From assembly GCA_013239625.1 (NCBI GenBank), contig MU054187.1, forward strand, positions 11,553,231-11,617,230: a stretch of 64,000 nt of DNA, written 5' to 3'. The notes below the pieces were generated by a model. It saw only the letters and a program-made list of their open reading frames with translations, did not search any database and had not been told where the DNA came from. The stretch comes from Lama guanicoe. Lineage: Eukaryota. This document shows, piece after piece, positions 14,050-27,349 of this stretch (its first letter is position 1; the number at the start of each line of letters is the position of its first letter). A program made the translations under genes and the position numbers.

Positions 14050-14285
14050 ATTTATTGACTGCCTAGTACATTCCAAGCATTAGTCCAAGCTCTTGACACA
14101 CATATAGGAACTTATTCTTCACAACAGCCCTAAGGAATAAGTACTATTGTTATCCTTTTTTTGCAGATGGAGAAACTGGAACCCAGAGAGTTTGAGAAAA
14201 CTGCCCAAAGTAACACAGAATTGGACTCTGAACCCAGGTAACCCAGCCTGACCTACCACGTATATTGCCTCTTGTACTATGTGAT
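14050..14285 (-). mobile_element. MIR SINE
   Basis: tttattgactgcctagt...cttcacaacagccctaagg...ttgcagatggagaaactggaacccagagag...ctgcccaaagtaacacag. Confidence 0.85.
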
Positions 14286-14499
14286 TTTATAATGTATATC
14301 AGTTTGGATACAGAATAACAGAACCTACGCTCATTCATTCATTCTTTAACCAAGCCTGTAAACTCTGCTGTTCATAGGAGCAGCAGAATTCCTTAGGCAA
14401 ACTCCATTAAAGGAGGGGCTGCCAACTGGAAACCTCTCCTACAATAATGATTTTCCCAATAGCTGGTCTTCCTGTAGTCTCTTGAGATTTCCCCAGTTC

Positions 14500-14870
14500 A
14501 CTGAATCCAGTAGTCAGGATTGGCTACGTAATGTCACTGTAACAAGCATCCCAGAACATCTTAGGGCTTATAACCACAAAAGCTGATTCCTTGCACACAA
14601 TTCATGATCCATCAAGGGTCATCAGAGAGATCTGCTCCGTGACTTCTGGCTCCAGAACCCAAGTTGATGGCACCAAAATGTTGCCACTCTGGTGACAGAG
14701 GAAAAGAAGGTTCCTCAGGATCTTGCCATGGCACTTAAATACTCTGGCCTGGAAGTAGCACCCGTCACTGCACATGACTCATTAGCCAGAACTCGTCAAA
14801 TGGCCCCACCCAACCACAAGGGGACCAGGAAGTACACTCTGCCCAGAGGCCCAGAATGGGGAGGAACACC
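14500..14870 (-). mobile_element. Old MLT1 (J/K-like) LTR
   Basis: tagtcaggat...tgtaacaagcatccc...cattagccagaactcgtcaaatggccccacccaaccacaagggg. Confidence 0.65.
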
Positions 14871-16469
14871 TCTGACTTCACATCACCTGCATGCAGTTCA
14901 CATCCTGAGTCCCTGGAACCCTCCGGTTCAAGCCACACCTTGACAAAGACTCTATTGCTAATATCCTTTTAAGGCAAAAATGGTCAATATAGATTGAATT
15001 AGCTGTAAAGGAACCTTTACAACACCAGTTTAAGTTAACAAAGTCATTAAAGAGTATCCAGGCCCCTTCTATGAATGTAAAAAACAAAGCCCAGAGACAC
15101 CAGTCCAAAGTCACTCCAACAAGTAACAGACTAAACTTCAAGAGTTTATTCTTTTTATGATTCCCTCAATAATCCTTCACAAAGCATGTAAGGAAAAGGT
15201 ACGTTCCACCTGTTGAGAGATGTACCATTTGTACTGGAACCAACCACAAACTTCATTAAAATTGAAATCTATGTTAAAATATTTTTCAGGAAAGTACATT
15301 ATCATAAGCCTTAGTCTTGATAAGTTTCTTATTTTCCTTACCAACATTTTATGATTCAGTGTTTTAAATTCTCTGACAGATTTTATTTTAACTTCTAGTC
15401 CGGGAAGTGTATTCATTGGCAAGCAAAAAAGAATCTACATGGCGGTATTTGATGAATAGATCTTTATATGTCTTGCAGTATCTTTCCTTTGCTTTTACTT
15501 AGCTGACACAAACTCAGTAGTCAAACAAACAAAAAAAAGATGAAAGCAGGACTCACTCCCCCACAGTGGCTCCAGGGTCATGGGAAAGTAGACAATGTAG
15601 TCCCTTCATTTAGTGCAGAAAACTGACACCCACAGAGCTCAAGCCACGTGCCTAGGTCCCCCACTAACACCGAGTTAGAGCAAAGTCTCATCTCCAGGCT
15701 TCCAGGTCCAAACTCAGTGTTCTTTCCAGCACCCCATGTTCCCCCAAGCTTCCTTGTTTTGGACAAGTCATTCCATTTCTCTGGTCTTCAGTTTCTTTCA
15801 CGGCAATGAGGGAGAAAGACTCACTAGATGAAGATTTTCCAAATGGGTTTCAAGACCAGCCTCTGAGATGACTGTGGAATTAAAATTTCTTTGGTCACAC
15901 AAGTTTGAGAAAGACTAGATGCCTTAGTCCTCTCCTGGACGGCGACAGAGTAAAGGCTATAAGGAATTCTGCAGCCAAGAAAAAGACGGAATGTTGCTGA
16001 TGCCAGGGCTTCCCCAATGCATTTAGTAACAGGAATGTTTTTGTGTGTTACTGTCCTCAGCGTCCTGACTCCCTCTGATCACTCTCCCTCCTCTGCTCCC
16101 TCTTCTCCAGTAACATGAGCCCCAAACACTGCAACCCCTTCCAGTCTCAGGCCTTCAGACCTGCCGCACCCTCTGCCTGGTGGGCTCATCTCCCCAGGAG
16201 ATCTTCCCTGGTCACCGCGCTCCCACGCTGTCCTGCCTGGCCTTCTTCATCTTCACGCCTCCTATCCCTGCCTAGAGTTACAGGGTGCACTGCCAGCCCC
16301 CTGCCCTGGAATAGAGACTTCCGGAGAGCAGGAGTTGGTTTTGTGAATCACTGTAAACCCAGCACCTAAAACACTGTCTGCAAAGAGGAGAGATGCAGTA
16401 AATATTTCTTGAATGGATAAACCAATGAGCCAACTAGTGAAGCCGGGGCAAACAGTGTTGTGTAGAACA

Positions 16470-16660
16470 AGGGGAATTGTTGCCAGACCAGGCACTGGCA
16501 TCACCTAGATACTTAACAGAAATTCTCAGCCTCCACCCCGGACCCACTGAACTAGACCCACTGGGTGCAGCGGGTGGGGGTGGGGTGGGGGTGGACAGAA
16601 ATCTGGGTTTGAACATACCTTCCAGATGACTGATGCCCACTCAAGTTTCAGAACCACTGG
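16470..16660 (+). mobile_element. MER5A-like hAT element
   Basis: ggcatcacctag...aaattctcagcctccacccc...aatctgggtttgaaca...tcaagtttcagaaccactg. Confidence 0.7.
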
Positions 16661-18879
16661 TCTAGAACATCTTTAAAATCAACCCCTGAAATTCTGGAAT
16701 TCTATGATTTGTGAGCAATTCTCTTAAGGTCCTTTGAGCATTTTACAGGGGAATAAACTAATTTCTCATGTTTCCTGAGAGCCTTAGAATTATCATATGT
16801 GGTAACACACTGGCTTTTCTCTCCAGTAGAAATAAAGCCCTAATTAACACACAATGTCCCACTGAAAATTAATCAGTTTAACAGCTACCCCAATGCACTT
16901 GAGGGTCATTTTACCATCTGTTATAACAGAAAAACCAGTTGCCCTGGAACAATTAAAGCTCTCTCTAACAAAGGTTGAGATCTTCCCCCAAAATAAGAAA
17001 TAATTCACACGCACACAACACATACACACACAGAGAAAGACGTTCTTATTATGAATCAGTCCCTTGATTACATTCCCAATGATAATGCAGGAAATCCAAT
17101 TAGCTTTAATACTGAAAAACACTCCAGAGAATAATTTACATGCTCTCATTTCTATCTGTTGCCCCTTTTCGTTAACTGAAAATGGACAGCAGGGTAATTT
17201 TTGATAAAAGTTCTACTAGATGTAAAATCAAGCAAGCATTACTGAGAGCAAAAAGCCAGGGGTGTAAACCTCATTTACAAGTCACAGCGCTCTCTGGGCC
17301 TCCAGTCTGGCCCAAACATGCTAACATGCTCACCCAGAAGCTCTCTTCCTGCCAGACTGATAGACTTGAACGCTCCTCACCATGCTTTTCACACTGCCCC
17401 ACCTGCTCTGTGTGCATCAGACCCCCTCAGCCTCTCTGGCCCGGCCCCATCCTGCCCTTCACTCAAGGTGGACCCCTCTGCAGACCATGTCTGCAAATCC
17501 AGGCCAAAAGTCTGGCCGCACTGGATTACGCCATTCTCATCAGATGTGAGTGTGTTTCATCTCCTCTTATGATTAGTATCAATGAAAGAAGAGGCCCAGG
17601 ACATACACATTTCTGCGCTCTCCCTCACCTGTTCTCCTCCTGAACCTGCCATCTGGCATCTTTGGTTCATCTCTTGGTTTCAGCTTTAGCTAAAAGACCG
17701 TCGATCTCTACAGCTCTCAAGGGATTCCAGCAGCCAAGTGAGTCCCACCTCCCCGCCTCACCTCCCTGCGGGGAAGAGAGGGAGAAATCTGAGCAGGTAG
17801 CCAGGAAGGAGTCCTGACCGGCAGGAACTGTGACTACAGGATGAGGGGGTGGTTATGAGATAGCGCCTTCCTTGTGAAGGAGGGCAGAGACCAGGGTAGA
17901 CAATACGTCTGGCCTGGTATATGAGAGTTTGCCCCTGTCCAAGACTTTAGAATCCCCAGGAGAAGATGTAAGATAAAGCCAGGCCTGAAAGCAAGACATT
18001 TTTGTTAGGATCTAAAATCTGAATCTTAAAAATCAGACTTTCGGCTTCCTGTATTTTGTGTTTATTTTCCTGTGGATCTCAGGATTTGTGGAGCCTTTTA
18101 CAAGTTTCAGCTTATTTCAGTATGCCCAGAAAAAAAAAACAAAAACAAAGGAAGGGGGTTGTCTGTTCCATAGTTATTACCACATTAAACAGGCGGCTAC
18201 CCACCCCATCCCTCCACCTCGGGATGAGTGCGGAAATGATGCAGAAGCAGAAGTGAGACATCCTCAGGGAAGATGGACAGGCATGTCGGAGCCCCCTGGT
18301 GAGTCACTCACCCCACCTGCAGGGCCTCCTGCCAGAGAAACCTTGAAGCTTCTGAGTTCTCAAGGCAGCAATCACTGCGCACAAAAGGTGACTTGAGTTT
18401 ACACCCCGAGACCACGAAGCATCACTGCTCAGGACATGCTGGGTTCCAGAAGCCACACCCTATGAGCCACTAAAATTCACTGGACTGCAAGCAATCAACC
18501 TGTTAAAAATATAGCTTGGCACACAGGAGGGTTTCTAAAATAAACAAATTTTGGAAAAAGCCTCTCATGGGTAAATCCCAGCGGGTACTGCATGTTCCCA
18601 AACAAACTGCTACCCACCTTTCCTGAACATCCCCAAAGGGAATGAGAAAAGAAGAAGAGACTCCAGGTTTCTTTTCTACAAGACTCAAATTGAGCTTTGC
18701 TAGACCTGAGGATCCCAACATAAGAGCTAGTTCCATATTTAAAACCACTCAAGTCAATAAAAAATAACAAAAAATTAAAATTAAAATAAATACACAAAAT
18801 AACACAAAATAAAAATTAAAAATAAACAAATAAAATAAAAATTAAAACACAAAAATAAAAAAATAAAATTTTAAAAAAA

Positions 18880-19110
18880 GAAAAATACCATATGAGATCA
18901 CTCACATGTGGAATCTAAAAAAGAAAAAACAACAACATAAATACAAAACAGAAACAGACTCATAGACATAGGATACAAACTTGTGGTTGCCAAGGGGGCT
19001 GGGGGTGGGAAGGGACAGACTGGGATTTCAAAATGTAGAATAAACAAGATTATACTGTATAGCACAGGGAAATACATACAAGATCTTATGGTAGCTCACA
19101 GCGAAAAAAA
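18880..19110 (+). mobile_element. Lineage-specific L1 3' end, preceded by an A-rich low-complexity tract (18757-18880)
   Basis: aaataccatatgagatcactcacatgtggaatctaaaa...aaacagactcatagacatag...actgtatagcacaggg. Confidence 0.85.
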
Positions 19111-19331
19111 CATGTGGTCCATCTTTATACATTGATCAGAAGCTAATTTACAGCCAGAACATTAGGTCTAGAATTCATTACACACATTCCTGTTCACCTA
19201 AATTTCCCTGCCCGCCTTTCTTAAAACAAAACAAAACAAAACAAAAAAACAAAAAAAAAAACTTTACTTCTATGTCCTTCATAAGAACTCAAAGCCAAAA
19301 AATAGGAAAACATCTGATAAGACCAAAAATC

Positions 19332-19366
<35 letters not shown>
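19332..19366. repeat. (TAT)n microsatellite, about 11 units
   Basis: Direct read. Confidence 0.95.
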
Positions 19367-19368
<2 letters not shown>

Positions 19369-20171
19369 TTATTATAGTTAAGAATTCTCACATGCTAGAA
19401 AGTCAGAAACTGTACAATTCAACTTCAGGCACTTGCAAATTATGTCATTTCATCCTGCTGAAAACATTAATTACATGAATATGCTCTTTACTTCTAAGCA
19501 AGAGTAACCTGCACCTGCTTTTCCCAGTTATATTAGGTAACAGGGATTACCATTTTGCAGGGTGACAGTTTCACAAGCCATCGTAACTTCCAGGAGGGGA
19601 AGAAGAATCTGAATTTACCATCAGGTAATACACAGCTGCCAGAAAAAGGAGCAAAAGGAATGTCTGACTCCCAGGGACAGCTGTCACATGGCGACATCAC
19701 TCAAGCCACCAGCGTGGGGAAGAAATGCCCAGGACACTTGCTTCCGACAGCTCAAGAAAAGCAGAAGAGGCTACAACTCCTCTCCAGACCCGAGTCCTAA
19801 GCTCAGGAACAACACCATACCAAGCCAGGCTGAACAAGGAACAGAACTAAAGAACTTGAGGCCACAGCATCTAAGAAACCACTAACCTTGCCTCCTCATC
19901 TCCTCTAAATATAATAAAATCAAGAAACTCAGCAAAGTCGCACCAGAAGTTGATAAACTTTTCCCTCCCCTTCTCTCTCCTTATGTCAACAGTTAGAGTT
20001 CAGGCTTTGGACGATGACCTTGAGTGCTGGTTTTGTCACTTTTTAGATGACCTTGAGCACATTTATTTAATCCTGCTTTTTTTTTTAACTTTTTTTATTG
20101 CGTTATAGTCATTTTACAATGTATTTAACCCTGTTTTTCTCATCTATAAGACGTGAAAAATAAAAGTAGCT

Positions 20172-20680
20172 GCTGATTTTTGACAAGAAAATCAACCAAG
20201 ACTAGACAATGGGAAAAGGAAAGCCTCGTCTGAAAATGGTTTTGGAAACTGGATCTCCACATGCAAAGGAGTGAAGTTGGACCCTTACCTTACACCGTAT
20301 GCAAAAATTAGCCCAAACTGGATTAAAGATCTAAATGTAAGGCCTAGAACTATTGAACCCCTAGATGAAAACATGGGGGGAAAGCTTCAAGACATTGAAT
20401 TTGGCAATGATTTCTTCAATATGACACCAAAAGCACAGGCAACAAAATAAAAAATAGACAAACGAGACTGCACCAACCTAAAAACTTCTGCACATTTCAA
20501 AGAAACAATTAAGAGTGAGAAGGCAACCTATTAAAAGTGAGAAGGCAGCCTACAGAATGGGAGAAAATAAATGCAAACCATATACTTGATAAGGGTTTGA
20601 TATCCAGAATATATGAAGAGCTCCTACAGGTCGACAATAACAAAAGATAATCTGATTAAAAATGGCAAAGGACTTAAACC
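20172..20680 (+). mobile_element. L1 ORF2 3' region fragment (sense)
   Basis: ctgatttttgacaag...gaagttggacccttaccttacacc...atatgacaccaaaagcacaggcaac...aaaaatggcaaaggacttaaac. Confidence 0.9.
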
Positions 20681-21245
20681 ATTAACCATTTTTAAGTGTA
20701 CAGTTTAACAATGTCAAGTATATTCACATTGTTGTGAAACAGATCTCCAAAACTTTTCATCATACAAAACCATAACTCTATACCCATTAAATACTAACTC
20801 CCCAGCCCTCCTCCCCTCAGTCCCTGGCAACCACCATTCTACTTTCTGTTTCTATGAATTTGACTATTTTGGATTCTTCATATGAGTGCAATTTTACAAT
20901 ATTTGTCTTTTTGTGACTGTCTTTTGTGACTTCACTTAACGCAATGGCCTCAAGGGTCACCCATGTTGTAATGAATATCTCAGAATTTCCTTCCTTTTCA
21001 AGGCTGAGTAATATTCCAGCATATATACCTACAATCTTGTATGCATTCAACCATCAATGGACACTTGGACTGCTCCCACTTCTTGGCTGTCATAAATAAT
21101 GCTGCTATGACTATGGCTGCACCAACATCTCTTTGAGACCCTGCTTTCCCTTCCTGTGAGTCTAAACCCAGATGTGGGGTTGCTGAATCATATGATAATT
21201 CTATTTTTCATTTACTGAAGAAATGCCACACCGTTTTCCATAGTG
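20681..21245 (-). mobile_element. L1MB-like 3' end (antisense), abutting the sense fragment
   Basis: ccatttttaagtgtacag...cagtccctggcaaccaccattctactttctgtttctatgaatttgact...gttttccatagtg. Confidence 0.9.
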
Positions 21246-21969
21246 CAGATTCTTTCATCTTTTGGAGTCGGGGTTTCCTCACCCGTCAAATGATCATGTT
21301 TACAAACGGGGCTGAATGAGTCGGTCTCAAGGACACATGCTCGCTTGACTGTGACTGCTGGAGAGATCTCAGCCAACCAGTCCAGCCTTTTCTATCTGAC
21401 CACTTTTTGCCAAGGAAAAACTTCTGACCCCCTCAGTCTCCAAAACCATTTCCAATATGCCCAGATCTTACGTCTGTCTGCCACCAAACTCCCAATTCAC
21501 TGTTAAAATTTCTAGATTGTTTAAAAAGCAGAGCCAAGCGTGTGGGTGTATTTGCTTCCCCCACCAAAGGGTTTATAAGGTGAGCTCACCTGGGGTTACA
21601 GAGCTCACAGACTTACCTCTGACACGCAGAGTTCCACCACCAGAGAGAAACTTGCCAGCACAGAGCCTGCAGGGTGGTGAGAGGAAAAAGAAAGTGGTGC
21701 CTCCCTTGGTTAATAGTAAAATGAACACCTTTTGTCCAAAGCCACTCTCTCAGTAAACTCAGGGTAGTGATCACAATGTCACACAACTGTGGAATTCAAA
21801 AAAGGAGCCATGGCTTACGAAACACCCAGAACTGACATCCTTCTTTCAAAAAAGCAATGAGAGATGGTGGGGCTCTTCCTGATAAAGTAGAAGTTCAATT
21901 AGCAGCAGTGGCCCCAACCCCAAGCCCAGACTTTCCACCTGTGAAAAGGGCCAAAAATCTGTGGTCTTT

Positions 21970-22150
21970 AGCCCCTTGCTGCTCAAAATGTGGTCCTTTG
22001 GACTTGCAGCACTGGCTTCGCCTGGGAGGTTATTAGACATGCAGGGTCCCAGCCCAGCTCAGACTTCCAGAAGCAAGATCTGCATTCTGAAAAAATACCC
22101 TGGTGATTCACAAACACACACATACACCCCTTAGAGTTTCAGAAGGACTG
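21970..22150 (+). mobile_element. MER5A-like hAT element
   Basis: ctcaaaatgtggtcc...cagca...cctgggagg..ttagacatgcag...atctgcatt...ccctggtgattc...agtttcagaaggactg. Confidence 0.7.
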
Positions 22151-23544
22151 CTATGAACCACGTAGATAACTAAACTGATAGCGATGTGAAAGATGTATCA
22201 GAAATACTACGAAAAAGGCTGTTCTCTGCTATTTGCAGGCGAGCTGAATAGATCAATGCGCACTCAACTGCCTTTTTCACAATGAGACAGGAAATCCTTT
22301 GCTTTTCAGTTAGTATCTGAAGTTTTTGGTTTGTCAGCCTCTTTGACTACTTTGTCTTAGAGGCCAAAGGTATTCATATATAAACATATAAATTCAAGAA
22401 TTGTAAGGGTACAGAAGATGCACACATCCTGACACAGAGGAACTGTCCCAGGTATACATGAAACTCATCAACATCCCAGCATGCGGCTGCCACAGGCCAC
22501 CGGCGCCCAGCTGTCCTCACTTTCTGCACTGATCCAGCCCAGCCACTCCTCCACGAGTCTGGGATCATTGCCTCAAATCCCTCCACCATCGCCCTCCCTC
22601 CTATTAGTATCCAGGGGAGATTTTAGTTTTATTTATTCATGATTTGTACAGAGCCTACTTCCCAAAGGAATTGTATGTGGCTTAGAAAGATGAACACATT
22701 GTAAACAAGATGAGCAAAAGGAAAGCAGACTAAATACCCAGTTAGAAGGCTTAGAAGAGAATGTATGTTCCACACCATCTTTCTTTTCTTGGCTCGCCCC
22801 CTACCCCCATCACTGCTCTTCCCTGGGAAGGCAGAAGGGGGTTAACGTGACAGATGAATCTGAAAATGAACTGGGGTGCTCAGTTCCTCTCCTGCACACA
22901 AGGAGGGAAATTCTGCTCCTTCTTGGCACAAGTCTGATCCACACACACCCTGGCCCCAGGCCACAGAGGGAGACCCAGGGCTGCCAATGTTGAGATCCAG
23001 CATTGCTGGTGGCTGCATGGGTAAATCTATTTAATGCTGGGATTATGGGAAAGTCCATTTGCACAAAGATACGAGCTCTATTTTCAACCTCACCTCTATC
23101 AGTTTTAGAAAGTGGTATTTTGGCTCCCATGTGTTTATTCCTCTGACATATTTTTCACTTAGCTCAGAACTCAAGTGAGGGGAAAGGGTGCTATTTATTA
23201 AGCCCTTTCAAAATCCCAACAAAAAGATCCAGGAAGCTCACACTACAAGCCAGGGCAGGACAGAGAGGAAGCTGGCACCACAGAGGCTGGACCAGCCCTT
23301 GACCACCTACCCTGGCCGGCTTGCTGCTCAGGATAACTAACCCCGAACTTGTCAGAGCCACAGATACACATGGTTATATGGTCCTAGGGAACTCGGAGTT
23401 GAAAGACACGTAAATGTATCTTTCTTTGGTTTTATTACTATAAATAAAACCTTATATATACAGATACAGATTGCTCTATATAACATTGCAAAAAACCAAT
23501 CAAGATTTTTCTAGGCAGTTTTTAAGCGAACTCTTTTCTTAAGA

Positions 23545-23760
23545 TTCGCATATACTAACTAATATATATAAAATAGATAAACAAGTTTATACTGTAGAGC
23601 ACAGGGAACTATATTCAATATCTTATAGTAACTTATGGTGAAAAAGAATATAAAAATGAATATATGAGTGTTCATGTATGACTGCAGCATTATGCTGTAC
23701 ACCAGAAATTGACACATTGTAAACTGACTATACTTCAATAAAAATACAGATACAAAAAAA
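23545..23760 (+). mobile_element. Lineage-specific L1 3' end
   Basis: atatataaaatagataaacaag...gcacagggaactatattcaatatc...gctgtacaccagaaattgacacattgtaaactgactatacttcaataaaa. Confidence 0.85.
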
Positions 23761-23805
23761 GGAACTTCTTTTCTTTTTTCTAATTACATATAAAATATGT
23801 ATGAT

Positions 23806-23948
23806 GGGGAGGATATAGCTTAGTGGTAGAGTGCATACCTATCATGCATGAGGTCCTGGGTTCAATTCCCAGTACCTCCATTAAATAAACAAACAAACCT
23901 AATTACCTCCTCCTATTAAAACATAAACACTAAAAAAAATTTTTTTAA
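23806..23948 (+). mobile_element. tRNA-derived camelid SINE (Vic-1-like)
   Basis: ggggaggatatagcttagtggtagagtgcat...gaggtcctgggttcaattcccagtacctcc plus tail ...ctaattacctcc. Confidence 0.9.
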
Positions 23949-24495
23949 AGGTATGTTTAAGTATTTTCATACTCAGAGCAATATATGCCAGATAGATGGA
24001 TAGATTGCTGGATAGAGACAGAAATAGTCACATATGTGTGTATACATATATACACAATGTTTATACTATTATAAAATCTTGATGAAACAGAACTTAACTT
24101 ACTTCAAGCTCATTCTACTTTTAAAAGGCTGAAGAAATGTTAAAGAAGAAGAAGTTGTCATCAAGAAACGATTTTAAAAGAATAGTGATTACTTCCTGGC
24201 TTTCTTTTTTTTAATTCCGGATTCAGGACCAGTTCTTGCTCACCAACATCCTGCACAGTCTATGTGGACAAAGGAAGACCCGCAATGGTGAAGCTGGGAC
24301 ACAAACCTCAGAAGAACTTATGTTACATTACACTAGGTGCAAATGTACATTATGTAAATGTTCCTCCATTAAAGAAAGGTGTTCATCAAAGGTTGACAGG
24401 TAGAAAGTTCTGGTAGTAAAATCTTGAGGTCTCAGAAAATTCAGTTAATCAGAATATAACATTGCTGCAACACTGATCAAGATTTCCCTGTACAA

Positions 24496-25234
24496 AGAAA
24501 AGGGAACCCAGGGGAGACGCAGGGGGAAAAAAAAAAAAGAAGAAGAAAAGGGAACCCTTGTACACTGTTGGCGAGAATGTAAATTGGTGCACTATGAACA
24601 GTGTGGCGGTTTCTCAAAAAACTAAAACTGGAGCTACCATATGACCTAGCAGTCCCACTCCACTATAAACCTGAAAGAAACAAAAACACTAATTTAAAAA
24701 GATACATGCACCTCAATGTTCATAGCAGCACTATTTACAATAGCCAAGATATGGAAGCAACCTAAGTGTCCATCAATATAGGAATGGAGAAAGAAGATGT
24801 GGTGTGTATATATATGTCTATGTACCCAGTGGAATACTACTCAGCCATGAAAAAGGAATGAATTTTGCCTTTTGCAACAACGTTGGTGGATCTGGAGGGT
24901 ATTATGCTAAATGAAATAAGTCAGACAGAGAAAGATAAATACTGTAGGAAATCACTTAAATGTGGAATCTAAAATATACAACAAACTAGTGGATATAACA
25001 AAAAAAGATCACAGATACAGAGAAAAAAATAAATTGTTACTAGTAGGGAGAGGGGAGGGGGAGGCGCAATATAAGGGTAAGGAATAAAAAAGGTACAAAC
25101 TACTATGCACAAAGTAAGCTACAAGAATATATTATACAACACAGGGAATAAAGTCAATATTCCAGAACAACAACAACAACAACAAAAAAAAAAAACCATG
25201 GACAACTAAATATTCAAAATATATTTTAAAAAAA
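24496..25234 (+). mobile_element. 5'-truncated L1 (ORF2 end plus 3' UTR) with degenerate TSD
   Basis: gggaacccttgtacactgttgg...atgcacctcaatgttcatagcagcactatttacaatagccaag...; flanks aagatttccctgtacaa / aagattttccttacaa. Confidence 0.9.
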
Positions 25235-26614
25235 AAGATTTTCCTTACAATGTCTAAGGAGTGTTTCCTATACAATGTTTTACTTTCTTACATAATGCTC
25301 CTTTTCTTCTCCCCAATTATTAAAACATATGTTTAAAGGTTTTCATACTCAGATGGAGTAAAATATCTCCTGCTCCTCACTCTGTCTGCTCTCTGGGATG
25401 AGTCTGAATTTGGCTTTAACAGAGCAAAGCACTGCCTCTCACAGTTGGCCCAGTGTTTGCACACACATAATCCCGTTTGGTCCTCAAAACATTACAATGA
25501 TGGAAACAAATGTAATAATGCCCATGTGGAAACAGAGGCTGGGAAAAGTCAAGGGATTCATCAAAAGTCTCATGCCCAGTCACTGGGAAAGTTAGACTAA
25601 AACAGAGATCCGCTGCGTCGAGAGCTGGTGCTCTTTCTAAGATGCCATGTCGATGCCAACCCTTCTCTGTGGTGTGAAGTGAGGGCAGACACACCAGAGG
25701 GGTGGAGTGGCTGCCCCCATACCACTTGGTCAATGGCCAGCCCATCGTTAATCATTTTGAGAATCACCCAATCGGAGTTGTGGCTTTCTATTCTAGAAAT
25801 GTACTTTTTTTTTTTTTTTGCCTTTTTCCCATCTGGTTAGCCCTTCTTTCTTGTTTCCTTTCCTGTTGGTTCATGAATTTCTTGTTCCCCCAAAAGGTCA
25901 CATTTTCTCCCTCTCCTTGAGATACTGTTACAAATCATGGCCCATTTGCTAACCTTACTTCTTCATACCTACAAAGCTTTCTCTGTGCGCCGGGTCAACA
26001 CTGAACCTCTCTCCCTGCAGAAAGAGTTAGGGCATTTAATGGGTGTAAAGGCAGCTCTATCTCATCTATACCATATCTCTTTTACACTGAAAGCGGCCGG
26101 AATGTTAATACCGGAACATTCAAAAGATTAAGATAAACATTTACATTCCATGTCAACGGTTTTTACATTAATTCAGATATTTGTTACTGCCTGCAATTAC
26201 TAACCTGCTATCTGCTTTTTTATTTCCTTCTTCTTCTGTGGTTGTAATCAGTTAGAAAGACTGACAAAAAGTTAAGAAAAGGGTGGGGAGTGCACAAGGT
26301 AATATGGAAGAACAGTTTTGTGGAAATAACAAAGATATATCACCAATTACTCATTAGGAAAAATGCCACATCATATTAGGTTAACACTGCTCATGTTCTA
26401 AGAATATATTGGTCTCTCTGATCTGAACTTGTACACAGGTAATCTGTAAAAAGCTGCTTTAAAAGGTCTAAGGTCTACAGAATGATCTTGTTTTGATCAT
26501 GTTTTGATGGCTTTAGTTCAGTTCTGCACCTTCTGCACCATATTCAGAATGCTACTGAACATGAGCCATCCTTTGGTTTCAGTCGGCTCTCAGATCCCCT
26601 TGCCAAAGAACATG

Positions 26615-26780
26615 CAGCGTGGAGGCAAGTTCAAGGGCTCTGGGATTGGATAGGCGCGTATTTGAAGCCCATGAGCAAGTCACTTAAACTCTCTGAGCCT
26701 TGGTTTTCTCATTCATAAAGCAGGGGAAATCTCATACGGACATTGAGAACATTAAATAAAATAATATATGTGAGATTCGT
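26615..26780 (+). mobile_element. MIR SINE
   Basis: tgagcaagtcacttaaactctctgagccttggttttctcattcataaa. Confidence 0.75.
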
Positions 26781-27349
26781 GGACTCAAACTACTGGAGCT
26801 TTTAGTGAGATCCATTTAATACAAAGCAGAATTCTCCAGAGTTTTCCAAAGAATGTGTCCTAAGGCATCCATCAAAATATTTTCCAAAACAAAAAACACA
26901 ATTATTAGTCAATATCTAAAAGAAGACGAGGAGGAAGAGGGGGGAAGAGCAAATCTCTTTTGAGGAACTTTATTCCTCTTTCACAGGTCACTTCACACCC
27001 TTACCTTAAACTGGAAATATTTCTTCATTACACTGGAGGGACCTCGGATGCTGGGACTATGTCTCATTTCTGGTCTTCCCATAAGTAGCACAGAATATGC
27101 ACTTGCTGGCATATTCTTGATGTGCAATCACCTCCAGAAAAGTTAAACCTCGGGGGCCTAGTGGAGGTTCTCCCTATGTGTGGGGCTCTGCCCGGGTTTT
27201 TCATGAAGCAAATTTGTATCACTGGTACCCAGGAATGGAACGTAAAGGAGATTCAAGTTTTCAAAGTAAATGGAAGCAAAGATCAGCAAGAATACAGAGA
27301 ACAATTGGGATGTTTACAGAGTCACTCTAAAGATGACTTATTTTTTTCA

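Noticed and set aside
18757..18885. A-rich quasi-periodic tract as a structured array (CRISPR-like or satellite)
   Set aside because: Low-complexity AAAAT/AAAAC decay next to an L1 end; no repeat-spacer structure, and the DNA is mammalian
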